64,000 nucleotides of DNA, taken from NCBI GenBank assembly GCA_045118075.1, contig JBGUOI010000202.1, positions 7,741-71,740 of the forward strand, in the 5' to 3' direction. Positions within the stretch are counted from its first letter, which is position 1; the number at the start of each line of letters is the position of its first letter. The position numbers were made by a program, and so were the translations under genes. Below are positions 38,852-46,828 of this stretch, one piece after another. The notes under the pieces were generated by a model, which was not told the origin of the DNA, ran no database searches, and was given only the letters and a program-made list of their open reading frames with translations. The DNA comes from Porcincola sp. GTDB lineage: Bacteria; Bacillota; Clostridia; Lachnospirales; Lachnospiraceae.

Positions 38852-39706
38852 ATGATTGCTAATCTGAACGGCGTCTATGAGACCGTCGAATACCGGGACG
38901 ATTCTTCCCTTCAGCTCTATGACAATACGGATTATGAAGCTTACCCCCGGCACTGGCACACCTGCATAGAGATCATCATGCCGTCGCACAACCCGTACTC
39001 CATCGAGTACGACGGACAGAAGTGCACGCTGCAGGAAGGCGAGATCCTTTTCATCTGCCCGGGCGCTCTCCACTCGCTGGAAGCCTGCAAAGGACAGCGC
39101 TGGATCTTCCAGGCGGAGATGTCCGCCGTCACGCAGCTTTCCGATGTGGAAGCCTACCTGACCATTCTCTATCCGGCCCTTGTCATCTCACCGTCCCGTT
39201 CACCCGAGATCTACGATGATGTGCACCGGCTGTTTTCGGAGATCGTGCGCGAGTACTGTCAGGAAGATGTCTTCTACGAGGCTTCTATCTACAGCAAACT
39301 CATGGAGATGATGGTGCTCATCCGCCGCAACCACGCAGCGAACACAAACCCGCTCGGCGCCAGCGGCAGCAAGCAGCGTGAATACATGGATAAGTTCATG
39401 GATGTCTGCAACTTCATCAACGAGCACTGCACCGAAGATCTCTCCCTTGACATGGTCGCTGACCGCGCCGGCTTTTCAAAGTATCATTTCAGCCGGCTCT
39501 TCAAGCAGTTCACCAACATCAGCTTCTACAAATACCTGAACCAGAAAAGGATCGAAAACGCAGAAAAGCTTCTGATCCGGCCCGAAATGTCCGTCACAGA
39601 AGCCTCACTTGCTTCAGGCTTTACCAGCCTCTCCTCCTTCATCCGCATGTTCAAGCTGATAAAAGGCTGTACGCCCTCCGAGTACAGAGCGATGTATAAC
39701 CTGTAA
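38852..39706 (+). CDS. AraC family transcriptional regulator (cupin sensor plus HTH)
   Basis: Start trimmed to ATG 38852 after AGAGGGA. The C-terminal HTH pair is LSLDMVADRAGFSKYHFSRLFKQF and EASLASGFTSLSSFIRMFKLIKGCTPSEYR. Divergent from the ABC/GH3 operon. Confidence 0.85.
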   Translation: MIANLNGVYETVEYRDDSSLQLYDNTDYEAYPRHWHTCIEIIMPSHNPYSIEYDGQKCTLQEGEILFICPGALHSLEACKGQRWIFQAEMSAVTQLSDVEAYLTILYPALVISPSRSPEIYDDVHRLFSEIVREYCQEDVFYEASIYSKLMEMMVLIRRNHAANTNPLGASGSKQREYMDKFMDVCNFINEHCTEDLSLDMVADRAGFSKYHFSRLFKQFTNISFYKYLNQKRIENAEKLLIRPEMSVTEASLASGFTSLSSFIRMFKLIKGCTPSEYRAMYNL

Positions 39707-39774
39707 GAAGTGCATCTTACAAAATGTATCAAACAAAGTATATAACCCCAAAAACATATAACAAATAGACATAT

Positions 39775-39833
39775 AAAAAGAGCGGTTCCACAACCCACGA
39801 TGTGAGACAGAGGGTGTGGAACCGCCTTTTTAT
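39775..39833. terminator. bidirectional intrinsic terminator between convergent genes
   Basis: A perfect 11-bp stem, GCGGTTCCACA (39782-39792) with TGTGGAACCGC (39815-39825). It is preceded by AAAAAGA and followed by CTTTTTA. Confidence 0.65.
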
Positions 39834-39884
39834 GCATGTTTACGACAGCTTTAGCGCGTTAATTTGCAAAAGGGGCCTGACCCC

Positions 39885-40922
39885 TCAGAATGTGAATTTG
39901 GCCAGCTGGGCCAGGGCGTAGTTGGAGACGAGGATCTCGCCGCCGCTGCCGAGGTCCCGAACGCTTACCTGGGAGGGGCCGCCGCCTTCTTCGACGGTGG
40001 TCTCTGATGCCAGGGTCATCCGGCCGTCCGCATCGGTCGTGAAGGTGCGGATAGTCAGTTCGCGCAGGCCTTCGCGGCTTCCTGAGACGAGGATCATCTT
40101 TCCGGCGAACATGCCGCCCCACAGGACGTGGCCCAGTTTCAGGGGATATTCGAGAGCTCTTTCAAATTCGCCCTCTCCCCATTTCTTAAAGATGGTCAGT
40201 TTGTCGCCGTGGAACTGTTCGACGATGGCCAGTTCGCGTTCTCCGTCTCCGTCAAGATCTTCAAAGACGATCTCGCTGGTGGGAACATCAAGAAGGCGGG
40301 TGATCTTCCACTCGCCGTTCTCACGAACAGCGCTGTAAGCACCTTCGGTGCCGCCGAAATAAAGGATGTCTCCTTCAGGGCGGCGTTCGGTCAGCATGGC
40401 ATGATGTTTGAAAAGGCCTTCGTGGACGGTCTCCCTTCCGGTGACCTGCTCGCCGTCATAAGCAAGCATTTCAAGTGTACCGCCCCTTGACCAGTCATCC
40501 GTGAAATCTTTCCCGGTGGTCAGCTTGCCGGCTGCCAGATACCATCCGTCGCTTTCTTTGATAACGGCGAGCCGGTGCAGGTAAGGCACCTCGGCCAGCT
40601 CTTTGCGGGAGGCAGTGCACCACTTGCCGTCCCTGTTCTCCAGAGCGATCTCCACGATCCTGGAGTGGGGAGCGTCGAAGCCGGGATAAAATTCCTCGAT
40701 GGAGAGCAGGCGGTCTTCTTTCACGGAATTCATGATGCCCATGACGCCGCCTTTGCCGCCCTCGATCCAGTGTACCTCGTCCGTGGCGCAGTTAACGACG
40801 GCCACCAGGCCGTTCTTCTGTTCGGACGCGGCTGCGTAGTATGGTTCTCCGCCCAGTGTCACGGTCGCGACCGCGTACAGGCCGGGCATATCATTGATCA
40901 AAATCTTTTTGGATGCTGCCAT
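39885..40922 (-). CDS. cytoplasmic hypothetical protein, FG-GAP/VCBS-like beta-propeller candidate
   Basis: Start trimmed to ATG 40922 after AAAGGAGAAG (MAASKKILIND...). No signal peptide. It has the calcium-loop-like motif FEDLDGDGERELAIVE. The fold call is tentative. Confidence 0.5.
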   Translation of the reverse strand: MAASKKILINDMPGLYAVATVTLGGEPYYAAASEQKNGLVAVVNCATDEVHWIEGGKGGVMGIMNSVKEDRLLSIEEFYPGFDAPHSRIVEIALENRDGKWCTASRKELAEVPYLHRLAVIKESDGWYLAAGKLTTGKDFTDDWSRGGTLEMLAYDGEQVTGRETVHEGLFKHHAMLTERRPEGDILYFGGTEGAYSAVRENGEWKITRLLDVPTSEIVFEDLDGDGERELAIVEQFHGDKLTIFKKWGEGEFERALEYPLKLGHVLWGGMFAGKMILVSGSREGLRELTIRTFTTDADGRMTLASETTVEEGGGPSQVSVRDLGSGGEILVSNYALAQLAKFTF

Positions 40923-40974
40923 GACGTCTTCTCCTTTAATCAACGGGGATGTCATTCGAGTACATGATTCGATT

Positions 40975-41931
40975 TCACAGCTGGTTGTACGGTTTTTCCC
41001 CTTTGAGGACCGCCGTCACGCCGTCAAGCGCCTCGTGGAGCAGTCTGACGCGCTCGGAAGTTAAATTCGTGCAGGCATGCGGGGTGACAACGATGTTGTC
41101 AAGCGCCGCCACTTCCGGAGAAAGATCGGGCTCGAATTCGTGCACATCCAGCGCCGCTCCTTTAATGCGGTGATTCTTCAGCGCATCGACCAGCGCCTTC
41201 TCCTCCACGATCGGCCCGCGGGCCGCGTTGATCAGATAGGCGGTCGGCTTCATCAGCGCCAGTTTTTCAGCGTTGATCAGGTGATGCGTCGACGGCATCA
41301 TCGGCATATGGATGGTCACCACATCGGCCGTGGCCAGAAGGTCCTCCATGCTCATGCGCACCGCGCCGCCAAGCGCCTCGGCGCGCTCCGGAGCCAGATC
41401 AAACATATCGGTGTAGATGATCTTCATTCCCAGTGCATGCGCCTTCTGCGCGACCACATAGCCGATCCGGCCCATGCCGATCACGCCCAGGGTCTTATCA
41501 TAAAGCGTCATATCGCCGTCAAAGTAGAGGCACTTTTCCATATGGAGCGTGCGGCGAAGGTCACGGTCGTAGCGCACGACGCCGCGGCAGGCCGCCATCA
41601 TGATGGCGATGGTCATCTCACTGGTCGCATCGATCACAGAGCGAGGCGCGTTGCATACGGCAATGCCTTTTTCCTTGGCATAGGCCACGTCGATATTGTC
41701 GGTGCCGGAACCCTGGTTGGCGATCACCTTCAGGTTCGGAGCCAGATCGATCAGCTCTTTGTCCATGCGGAATTCCATGATCGTGATCATGACATCTGCA
41801 TCCGGGAGAAGTTCCCTGATCTCTTCACGCGTAAAGCACGTGAGCGGCTCCTTCGGTTTGAACACAGTCATGCCCTGCGTATACGAAAGGTAATATTCCT
41901 CAGGGATGTTATGGCTGAATATGATTTTCAT
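40975..41931 (-). CDS. D-isomer-specific 2-hydroxyacid dehydrogenase (glyoxylate/hydroxypyruvate/2-ketoacid reductase type)
   Basis: 318 aa. GVIGMGRIGYVVAQKA (GxGxxG), LINAARGPIVEE, AALDVHEFEP and VTPHAC contexts. Confidence 0.85.
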   Translation of the reverse strand: MKIIFSHNIPEEYYLSYTQGMTVFKPKEPLTCFTREEIRELLPDADVMITIMEFRMDKELIDLAPNLKVIANQGSGTDNIDVAYAKEKGIAVCNAPRSVIDATSEMTIAIMMAACRGVVRYDRDLRRTLHMEKCLYFDGDMTLYDKTLGVIGMGRIGYVVAQKAHALGMKIIYTDMFDLAPERAEALGGAVRMSMEDLLATADVVTIHMPMMPSTHHLINAEKLALMKPTAYLINAARGPIVEEKALVDALKNHRIKGAALDVHEFEPDLSPEVAALDNIVVTPHACTNLTSERVRLLHEALDGVTAVLKGEKPYNQL

Positions 41932-43418
41932 TACGTCGTCATTCCTTTCCGGCGCTTAAAATACCCGCGGATGCCCTTGATCAGCGGCCACAGGATAGCA
42001 GCTGTGCCGAGGATGATGAAGGCTGCGCAGATCGGCCTGGTGAAGAAGATCTTGTAGCTGCCCTGGCTCATGACCAGGCTGCGGCGGAAGTTGCCCTCAC
42101 ACATCTGGCCCAGGATCAGCGCCAGTACGATCGGCGAAAGCGGGAACCCGCCCTTGGTCAGGAAGTATCCGACCACACCGGCGATGAACATTACGAGCAC
42201 ATCGTAGAAGTTATTGTTGATCGAATAGGATCCGATCGCACACATGACCATGATCACGGGGACCAGGATGCGCTTCGGGATGGAAACGATCTTGACGAAC
42301 ATGTTCTGGCCAAGCAGACCCAGAGTCAGGACGAAGACGTTCGCCAGCATAAATCCCGCAAAGATCGTGTGGACATCGGTCAGCCTTGTCAAAAAAAGCG
42401 CAGGGCCGGGCGTCATGTTGTGCATCTGCAGTGCGCCGAGCATGATAGCCGTATTCGCATCGCCCGGGATGCCCAGTGTCAGCAGCGGGATCAAGGCGCC
42501 GCCAGTGGTTCCGTTGTTGGAGGACTCCGGTGCTGCAATACCCTCGGGAAGGCCGGTTCCGAACAGCTCGGGATGCTTGGAGAAACGGCGCTCCATATCG
42601 TAGGAGATGAAAGCGCTGATATCGCCGCCGGCGCCGGGGATGATCCCGATGAAGGTGCCGGTGATGCCGCCGCGGAGAATGGTCGGAATGATGATCCGGA
42701 GGTCTTTCTTGTTCGGGATGGGGTTCCTTGTCTTCTTCGCCCGCGGGCGCTCAATATACAGTTCCTCGCAGGTGAGGAAGCACTGGCTGAGCGCAAACAG
42801 GCCAACCAGTACGGGAATGAAGGAGAGGCCCTTCATCAGGAAAACCGAACCGAAATTGAACCGCGAGAACGCGGTGATGTTGTCAATACCGATCATGGAA
42901 AGCAGAATGCCCATGCAGCCGGCCATCAGGCCCTTCACCAGGTTCTTGCCGCTGATGGAGGCGATGATGGAAAGACCGAAGAACGCCAGCGCAAAAGTCT
43001 CCGGAGCGGAAAAGCTTAAGGAGATCATCGCCAGGCGATGAGCGATGAGGATCATGATGATGCCGGAGATGATACCGCCGCCGAAGGACGATACCGTCGA
43101 AATACCCAAGGCGCGTCCGGCTTCACCTTTAAGTGTCATCGGGTAGCCGTCAAGGACGGTCGCCGCCGCGCTGGGCGTACCGGGCGTATTGATCAGACAG
43201 GCCGTGATGGACCCGCCATAGAGAGCGCCGCAGAAAATGCCGATCAGCATCAGCATGCCCGGCGCCGCATCCATACCGAAAGTCAGGGGCATCAGCAGGC
43301 ACACGCCCATCGTGGAGGTCAGTCCGGGCATCGCCCCGAAAGCGATTCCCATGACCACGCCGGCGAGTGTACTGAGGATGACGATCGGCTGGAACAGATT
43401 TTGTAAGATCGCTAACAT
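41931..43418 (-). CDS. tctA: tripartite tricarboxylate transporter large permease
   Basis: 495 aa polytopic protein with duplicated G-x-x-PG-x-G loops (FGAMPGLTSTMG, IGIIPGAGGDISAF) typical of TctA. Confidence 0.85.
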   Translation of the reverse strand: MLAILQNLFQPIVILSTLAGVVMGIAFGAMPGLTSTMGVCLLMPLTFGMDAAPGMLMLIGIFCGALYGGSITACLINTPGTPSAAATVLDGYPMTLKGEAGRALGISTVSSFGGGIISGIIMILIAHRLAMISLSFSAPETFALAFFGLSIIASISGKNLVKGLMAGCMGILLSMIGIDNITAFSRFNFGSVFLMKGLSFIPVLVGLFALSQCFLTCEELYIERPRAKKTRNPIPNKKDLRIIIPTILRGGITGTFIGIIPGAGGDISAFISYDMERRFSKHPELFGTGLPEGIAAPESSNNGTTGGALIPLLTLGIPGDANTAIMLGALQMHNMTPGPALFLTRLTDVHTIFAGFMLANVFVLTLGLLGQNMFVKIVSIPKRILVPVIMVMCAIGSYSINNNFYDVLVMFIAGVVGYFLTKGGFPLSPIVLALILGQMCEGNFRRSLVMSQGSYKIFFTRPICAAFIILGTAAILWPLIKGIRGYFKRRKGMTT

Positions 43419-43455
43419 AGCTGTTCATCCTTTCTCTGCCGATAGCAGGTCTTTG

Positions 43456-43941
43456 TCAGATCAGGAATCCGGACGGCAGGACCACATGAAGCAGGTTCGT
43501 GAACACGTAGTACAGGACGCCCGTCACCGCAAAGGGAATGATGAACGCTGCCGGTTTATTGATCTCAGGAACTTTGTAATACAGATTCATCACGAGCATA
43601 TAAATGATGGAGCTGACGACAAAGCCGACATACTGGATGCCCATCATGTACAGGAAGGTCGCGGCGATCGTCACCCAGACAATAGTATTCTCCTTTGAGA
43701 GTAGTCCAAGCGCGATACTGTTGTCTTTCTTTTTCTCCTCCTCGCTCTTCGACGCAAACTCAATATTGGTCGTGATCAGGTTGATCACGGAGAGCAGGAT
43801 GATGATCACGCACATGATGCGCGGAAACCATCCGGGACCGGTGGCTCCGTTCGTGCCTTCCGGGAACGACCCGGCGATCACGAAGAATGTCACGGCGATC
43901 GCGATAAAGATGATTGAGATGACATCAGAAATTCTTTTCAT
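43456..43941 (-). CDS. tctB: tripartite tricarboxylate transporter small membrane subunit
   Basis: Start trimmed to ATG 43941 (MKRISDVISIIFIAIAV...). About 160 aa with four hydrophobic segments, located between tctC and tctA. Confidence 0.65.
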   Translation of the reverse strand: MKRISDVISIIFIAIAVTFFVIAGSFPEGTNGATGPGWFPRIMCVIIILLSVINLITTNIEFASKSEEEKKKDNSIALGLLSKENTIVWVTIAATFLYMMGIQYVGFVVSSIIYMLVMNLYYKVPEINKPAAFIIPFAVTGVLYYVFTNLLHVVLPSGFLI

Positions 43942-44035
43942 AACTTTTCTCCAGTTTGAAGATACAGGAGGGACTGGCTTCAGTCCCTCCTGCATTGATC
44001 CGATTCGCAACCGGTACTAGTTATTTACAGGCGGA

Positions 44036-45010
44036 TCAGCTAAGTCCCAGATTCTCGCACTGTTCAGAGATGACTTTATCCATGTCATCAAGCATCTTGA
44101 GGAAATCCTCAGCGTTCATATAATTGTTGGTGAACATGCTCGTCGCCATAACCTCCTGAATTTCAGGATCGGCCAGTGCATAACGGGTGGCAGCATCAAC
44201 AGCATCGATGGCTTCCTGAGGCATTCCTTTCGGTCCGAGGAAGCCGCGGAACACGACAACGTCGGCACCGACATACCCCTTCTCCTGAGAGGTGGGAACA
44301 TCCGGATAGCCCTCCAGTCTCTCGGGACTGAAGGTAAGGAGCATCTTAAGAAGGCCAGAATCAACGAAAGTCTTAACCTCCGCATCGGAAACGTTGACCG
44401 CTTCCACATTGCCGCCTGCGCAGGCAGTTGCAGCCGGGCCGCCGCCATCGCACGGAACGTGAACGATCTCAGCGCCGATATCCTCAGCAAACTCTGCAGC
44501 CAGGATGTGCCACGGGCCGCCGATACCGGAATTGGCAAAGCGGACGCCCGGATTCTCCTGCATGTAAGCTACGAAATCTTCGATCGTGTCATACGGCGCA
44601 TCCTTCGGTACGCAGATGGTGCCGTAGCAGGAGTTGAAGTTGCAGATCGGCTCGAAATCATGATAGGTGTACTCAAAGCTCGTGGTATACGGAAGACCCA
44701 GGAGCTCTGCCACGCCCGCGGTGATGCAGGATCCGTCGTTGGGATCCTCAGCGCCTGCCGCAAAGCCGATGGCGCAGCCGCCGCCGGATTTGTTCACGAC
44801 CGTAACTGGAACACCTAAATATTCCTGCATTTTCGGTGCCAGTGCACGAATCAGAGTATCAGTGCCGCCGCCCGCTGAAGGGGGAACAGTGATCTGCAGG
44901 GATTTTGCCGGATAGTTGTCAATGGGAGTCAGCTCCTCTTCTGCCATAACGCTTGTAGCCATCATGGAGATCGCTGCTGCCGCAACTAACAGTAACAGTC
45001 TTTTCTTCAT
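44036..45010 (-). CDS. tctC: tripartite tricarboxylate transporter substrate-binding protein (Bug family)
   Basis: 324 aa with a signal peptide. YPAKSLQITVPPSAGGGTDTLIRALAP...VVNKSGGGCAIG is the TctC signature region. Confidence 0.85.
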   Translation of the reverse strand: MKKRLLLLVAAAAISMMATSVMAEEELTPIDNYPAKSLQITVPPSAGGGTDTLIRALAPKMQEYLGVPVTVVNKSGGGCAIGFAAGAEDPNDGSCITAGVAELLGLPYTTSFEYTYHDFEPICNFNSCYGTICVPKDAPYDTIEDFVAYMQENPGVRFANSGIGGPWHILAAEFAEDIGAEIVHVPCDGGGPAATACAGGNVEAVNVSDAEVKTFVDSGLLKMLLTFSPERLEGYPDVPTSQEKGYVGADVVVFRGFLGPKGMPQEAIDAVDAATRYALADPEIQEVMATSMFTNNYMNAEDFLKMLDDMDKVISEQCENLGLS

Positions 45011-45108
45011 TCTTTTTTCCTCCGTTTCTGTCTCACAGTTACCTTGCCAACAGTTTCCTTGTCTTGTGGGTCTATAGTTACGCAGGCATTCGCCTGAAAT
45101 TCACTTTT

Positions 45109-46053
45109 TCAGAGCCCCGCTCTCTCAGCCGCCGCATTGAAGGCGCTCACGCATTTTTCGTACATGGCGCGGATGCTCGTTTCCGGGTTCACGCCCGGGT
45201 ACGGCTTCACCTCGAGTGAGATGCTCGCCCGCTCTTTCCCGCGTCCGATAAATCCGCAGCGGATCATCTGCTCGAACTGGTCCTCAAAATCCTTCTGGGT
45301 AAACAGGGCACCTCTCACCTCAAGAGGCGGATGGGTGTGTCCGTAGAATACATTATCCTCTTCCAGCACCGCATCTCCCATATGGACGTGTTCAAATCCG
45401 ATCTCTGCGCTGTCGGCGATCGACTGTTCCACGGTCTCGCACATCAGCGGAAGGTGGGCGATATCCATCATCAGGCCGCTGTTTTCGGCGCCTTCCGAGC
45501 GCATCTTGCGGATAAAGTCCGCGCACTCCGCAGTAGGGCCTAAGATCAGTTCCTTAAAGCGATGGCGCTCGATCGGCTCGAGCAGCACACGGATAGGAAA
45601 CTGCTTTGCCTCTTCGCACAGTCTCAAGAAGAACTCGCTGTAGCGCTTCATCAGCTCCGGTCTCTTCTCCTCGCCGGCATCATGGCAGCCGGTAACGACG
45701 ATGATCGGGCTTTCGGCCTCAGCCGCATTGAAAAGATGACGCCGCATGACCTGGTATGCGCTCTCCCGAACATCCTTATCGTCGCTGCAGGTATTATAGG
45801 GGCCGTCCACCTGGAAATAACCCGGGGTGTTGTAGTTGAGCACCTTATGCGTATCACGGAGCATCTTCAGGATCTGTCCCTTCAACCCCTCATCAAAAGG
45901 CAGGAAGCTCTCCATGGCCTCGAACTCATAAAGTGGTGTACACCGGCTGTATGCATCAAGCAGCGCGATGTCATCATCAAACCCTTCCGGGAACAACATG
46001 GTCGGGCTCATGCCAAACCGAACAACCTCACTGAACTGCACCATATTACTCAC
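45109..46053 (-). CDS. xylose isomerase-like TIM-barrel protein (sugar phosphate isomerase/epimerase family)
   Basis: 314 aa. Metal-ligand-like contexts LLEPIERH, MMDIAHL and HVHMGD are spaced as in the AP_endonuc_2 fold. First gene of the tct operon. Confidence 0.55.
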   Translation of the reverse strand: MSNMVQFSEVVRFGMSPTMLFPEGFDDDIALLDAYSRCTPLYEFEAMESFLPFDEGLKGQILKMLRDTHKVLNYNTPGYFQVDGPYNTCSDDKDVRESAYQVMRRHLFNAAEAESPIIVVTGCHDAGEEKRPELMKRYSEFFLRLCEEAKQFPIRVLLEPIERHRFKELILGPTAECADFIRKMRSEGAENSGLMMDIAHLPLMCETVEQSIADSAEIGFEHVHMGDAVLEEDNVFYGHTHPPLEVRGALFTQKDFEDQFEQMIRCGFIGRGKERASISLEVKPYPGVNPETSIRAMYEKCVSAFNAAAERAGL

Positions 46054-46112
46054 CTCCGGCCTCCCGGCCTGTGTTCAAGCGGTCTCCCGGCTCCTCGACA
46101 GTTTCCGTTGTG

Positions 46113-46122
46113 TTGTATACAA
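46113..46122. promoter_or_regulatory. GntR/FadR-type operator candidate, perfect palindrome TTGTATACAA
   Basis: The 10-bp perfect palindrome fits the T-x-GT-x(n)-AC-x-A consensus. It lies 60 nt upstream of the tct operon start codon, and an identical copy is at 46275-46284. Confidence 0.4.
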
Positions 46123-46138
46123 TGTTTATCACCTCAGA

Positions 46139-46158
46139 TTTGTTGACGTACCAACAAA
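46139..46158. promoter_or_regulatory. inverted repeat TTTGTTG-N6-CAACAAA
   Basis: Two 7-bp arms are separated by ACGTAC. The repeat overlaps a plus-strand TTGTTG-17 nt-TATAAT (46163-46168) promoter-like element. Confidence 0.3.
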
Positions 46159-46274
46159 CGGCTATAATCATTGATAATATAAATGTATATGATGTATGCA
46201 ACAAAGTCAATCAGCAATTAGAAACGAAATGGGGCAGTGTTTTTTATGCAGAATGACTAAAGCAGGGCGGTTGT

Positions 46275-46284
46275 TTGTATACAA
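46275..46284. promoter_or_regulatory. second copy of TTGTATACAA palindrome
   Basis: Identical to 46113-46122. Followed 4 nt later by a G9 homopolymer (46289-46297). Confidence 0.35.
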
Positions 46285-46318
46285 GAGCGGGGGGGGGAAA
46301 AAGGGTGATTAAGATGAT

Positions 46319-46507
46319 AATACAAGCCCGGTAAAGGGATCATGAGCACGTCGCTGACTTGAAAAGACTGCGCCGCCTATTTGGATGCTTTCTACGCAAC
46401 TCGCGCTCTTGCGAGCGCTCAGACAAGCTTCGAAAGCATCCGCTAGGCGCAGCCTTTTCCGGCGTCAGCTTCCTACCGCTCATGACCCTCTTTGCCGGGC
46501 TTGTATT
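46319..46507. repeat. 189-nt imperfect palindrome (rod-like hairpin) in non-coding DNA
   Basis: The arms pair segment by segment: AATACAAGCCCGG with CCGGGCTTGTATT, TCATGAGC with GCTCATGA, GCTGAC with GTCAGC, CTGCGCC with GGCGCAG, and GGATGCTTTC with GAAAGCATCC. The apex is GCGCTC-TTGC-GAGCGC at 46403-46418. Confidence 0.6.
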
Positions 46508-46651
46508 TTACAGTAACCATTCCTTACCCTCATCGCGTGTCCGGACCGCCCTGCGTCATCTGCAGATGACACCGGGAGGGCTGGCAAGACTGATTTACTA
46601 AAACCCACCGCCTATAGAGGCGTGAGTTTCAATGAATCGACAAGATGAAAA

Positions 46652-46822
46652 ATCACCCGCTGTGCAGAAAGTAAAAAACGGTAGGGTTGCGGCTTGAGTT
46701 TGCAAGTTCTTTGCCCGTCCGGAGCGGGACAACGCTTCTATCGTCCCCGTAGGACGGGCAGATAAGAACGCTGCAAACGAAACAAAGCAAGCCGTGTTTT
46801 TTACTTCTGTACAGCGGGTGAT
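46652..46822. repeat. 171-nt imperfect palindrome (second rod-like hairpin), 6 nt downstream of the GntR stop
   Basis: The outer arms are ATCACCCGCTGTGCAGAAAGTAAAAAAC (46652-46679) and GTTTTTTACTTCTGTACAGCGGGTGAT (46796-46822). Inner pairs are CGGCTTG with CAAGCCG and TGCCCGTCC (46712-46720) with GGACGGGCA (46752-46760). Confidence 0.6.
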
Positions 46823-46828
46823 ATTTAA

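Noticed and set aside
46143-46168. Plus-strand TTGACG ... TATAAT as a strong consensus promoter.
   Set aside because: The spacer is only 14 nt, which is too short for sigma-A. The overlapping TTGTTG-17 nt-TATAAT reading is weaker, so no promoter feature is asserted.
46319-46507. Identification of the 189-nt rod-like hairpin as 6S RNA.
   Set aside because: The length and rod shape are compatible. However, I cannot recognise a large central asymmetric bubble or conserved 6S sequence features, and the strand is ambiguous. I keep it only as one hypothesis in the finding.
46359-46601. 80-aa ORF in the long intergenic gap.
   Set aside because: It has a non-ATG start, no RBS and an Arg/Leu/Ser-rich translation. 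It runs straight through both arms of the 189-nt palindrome, so the open frame is most simply explained as chance within structured non-coding DNA.
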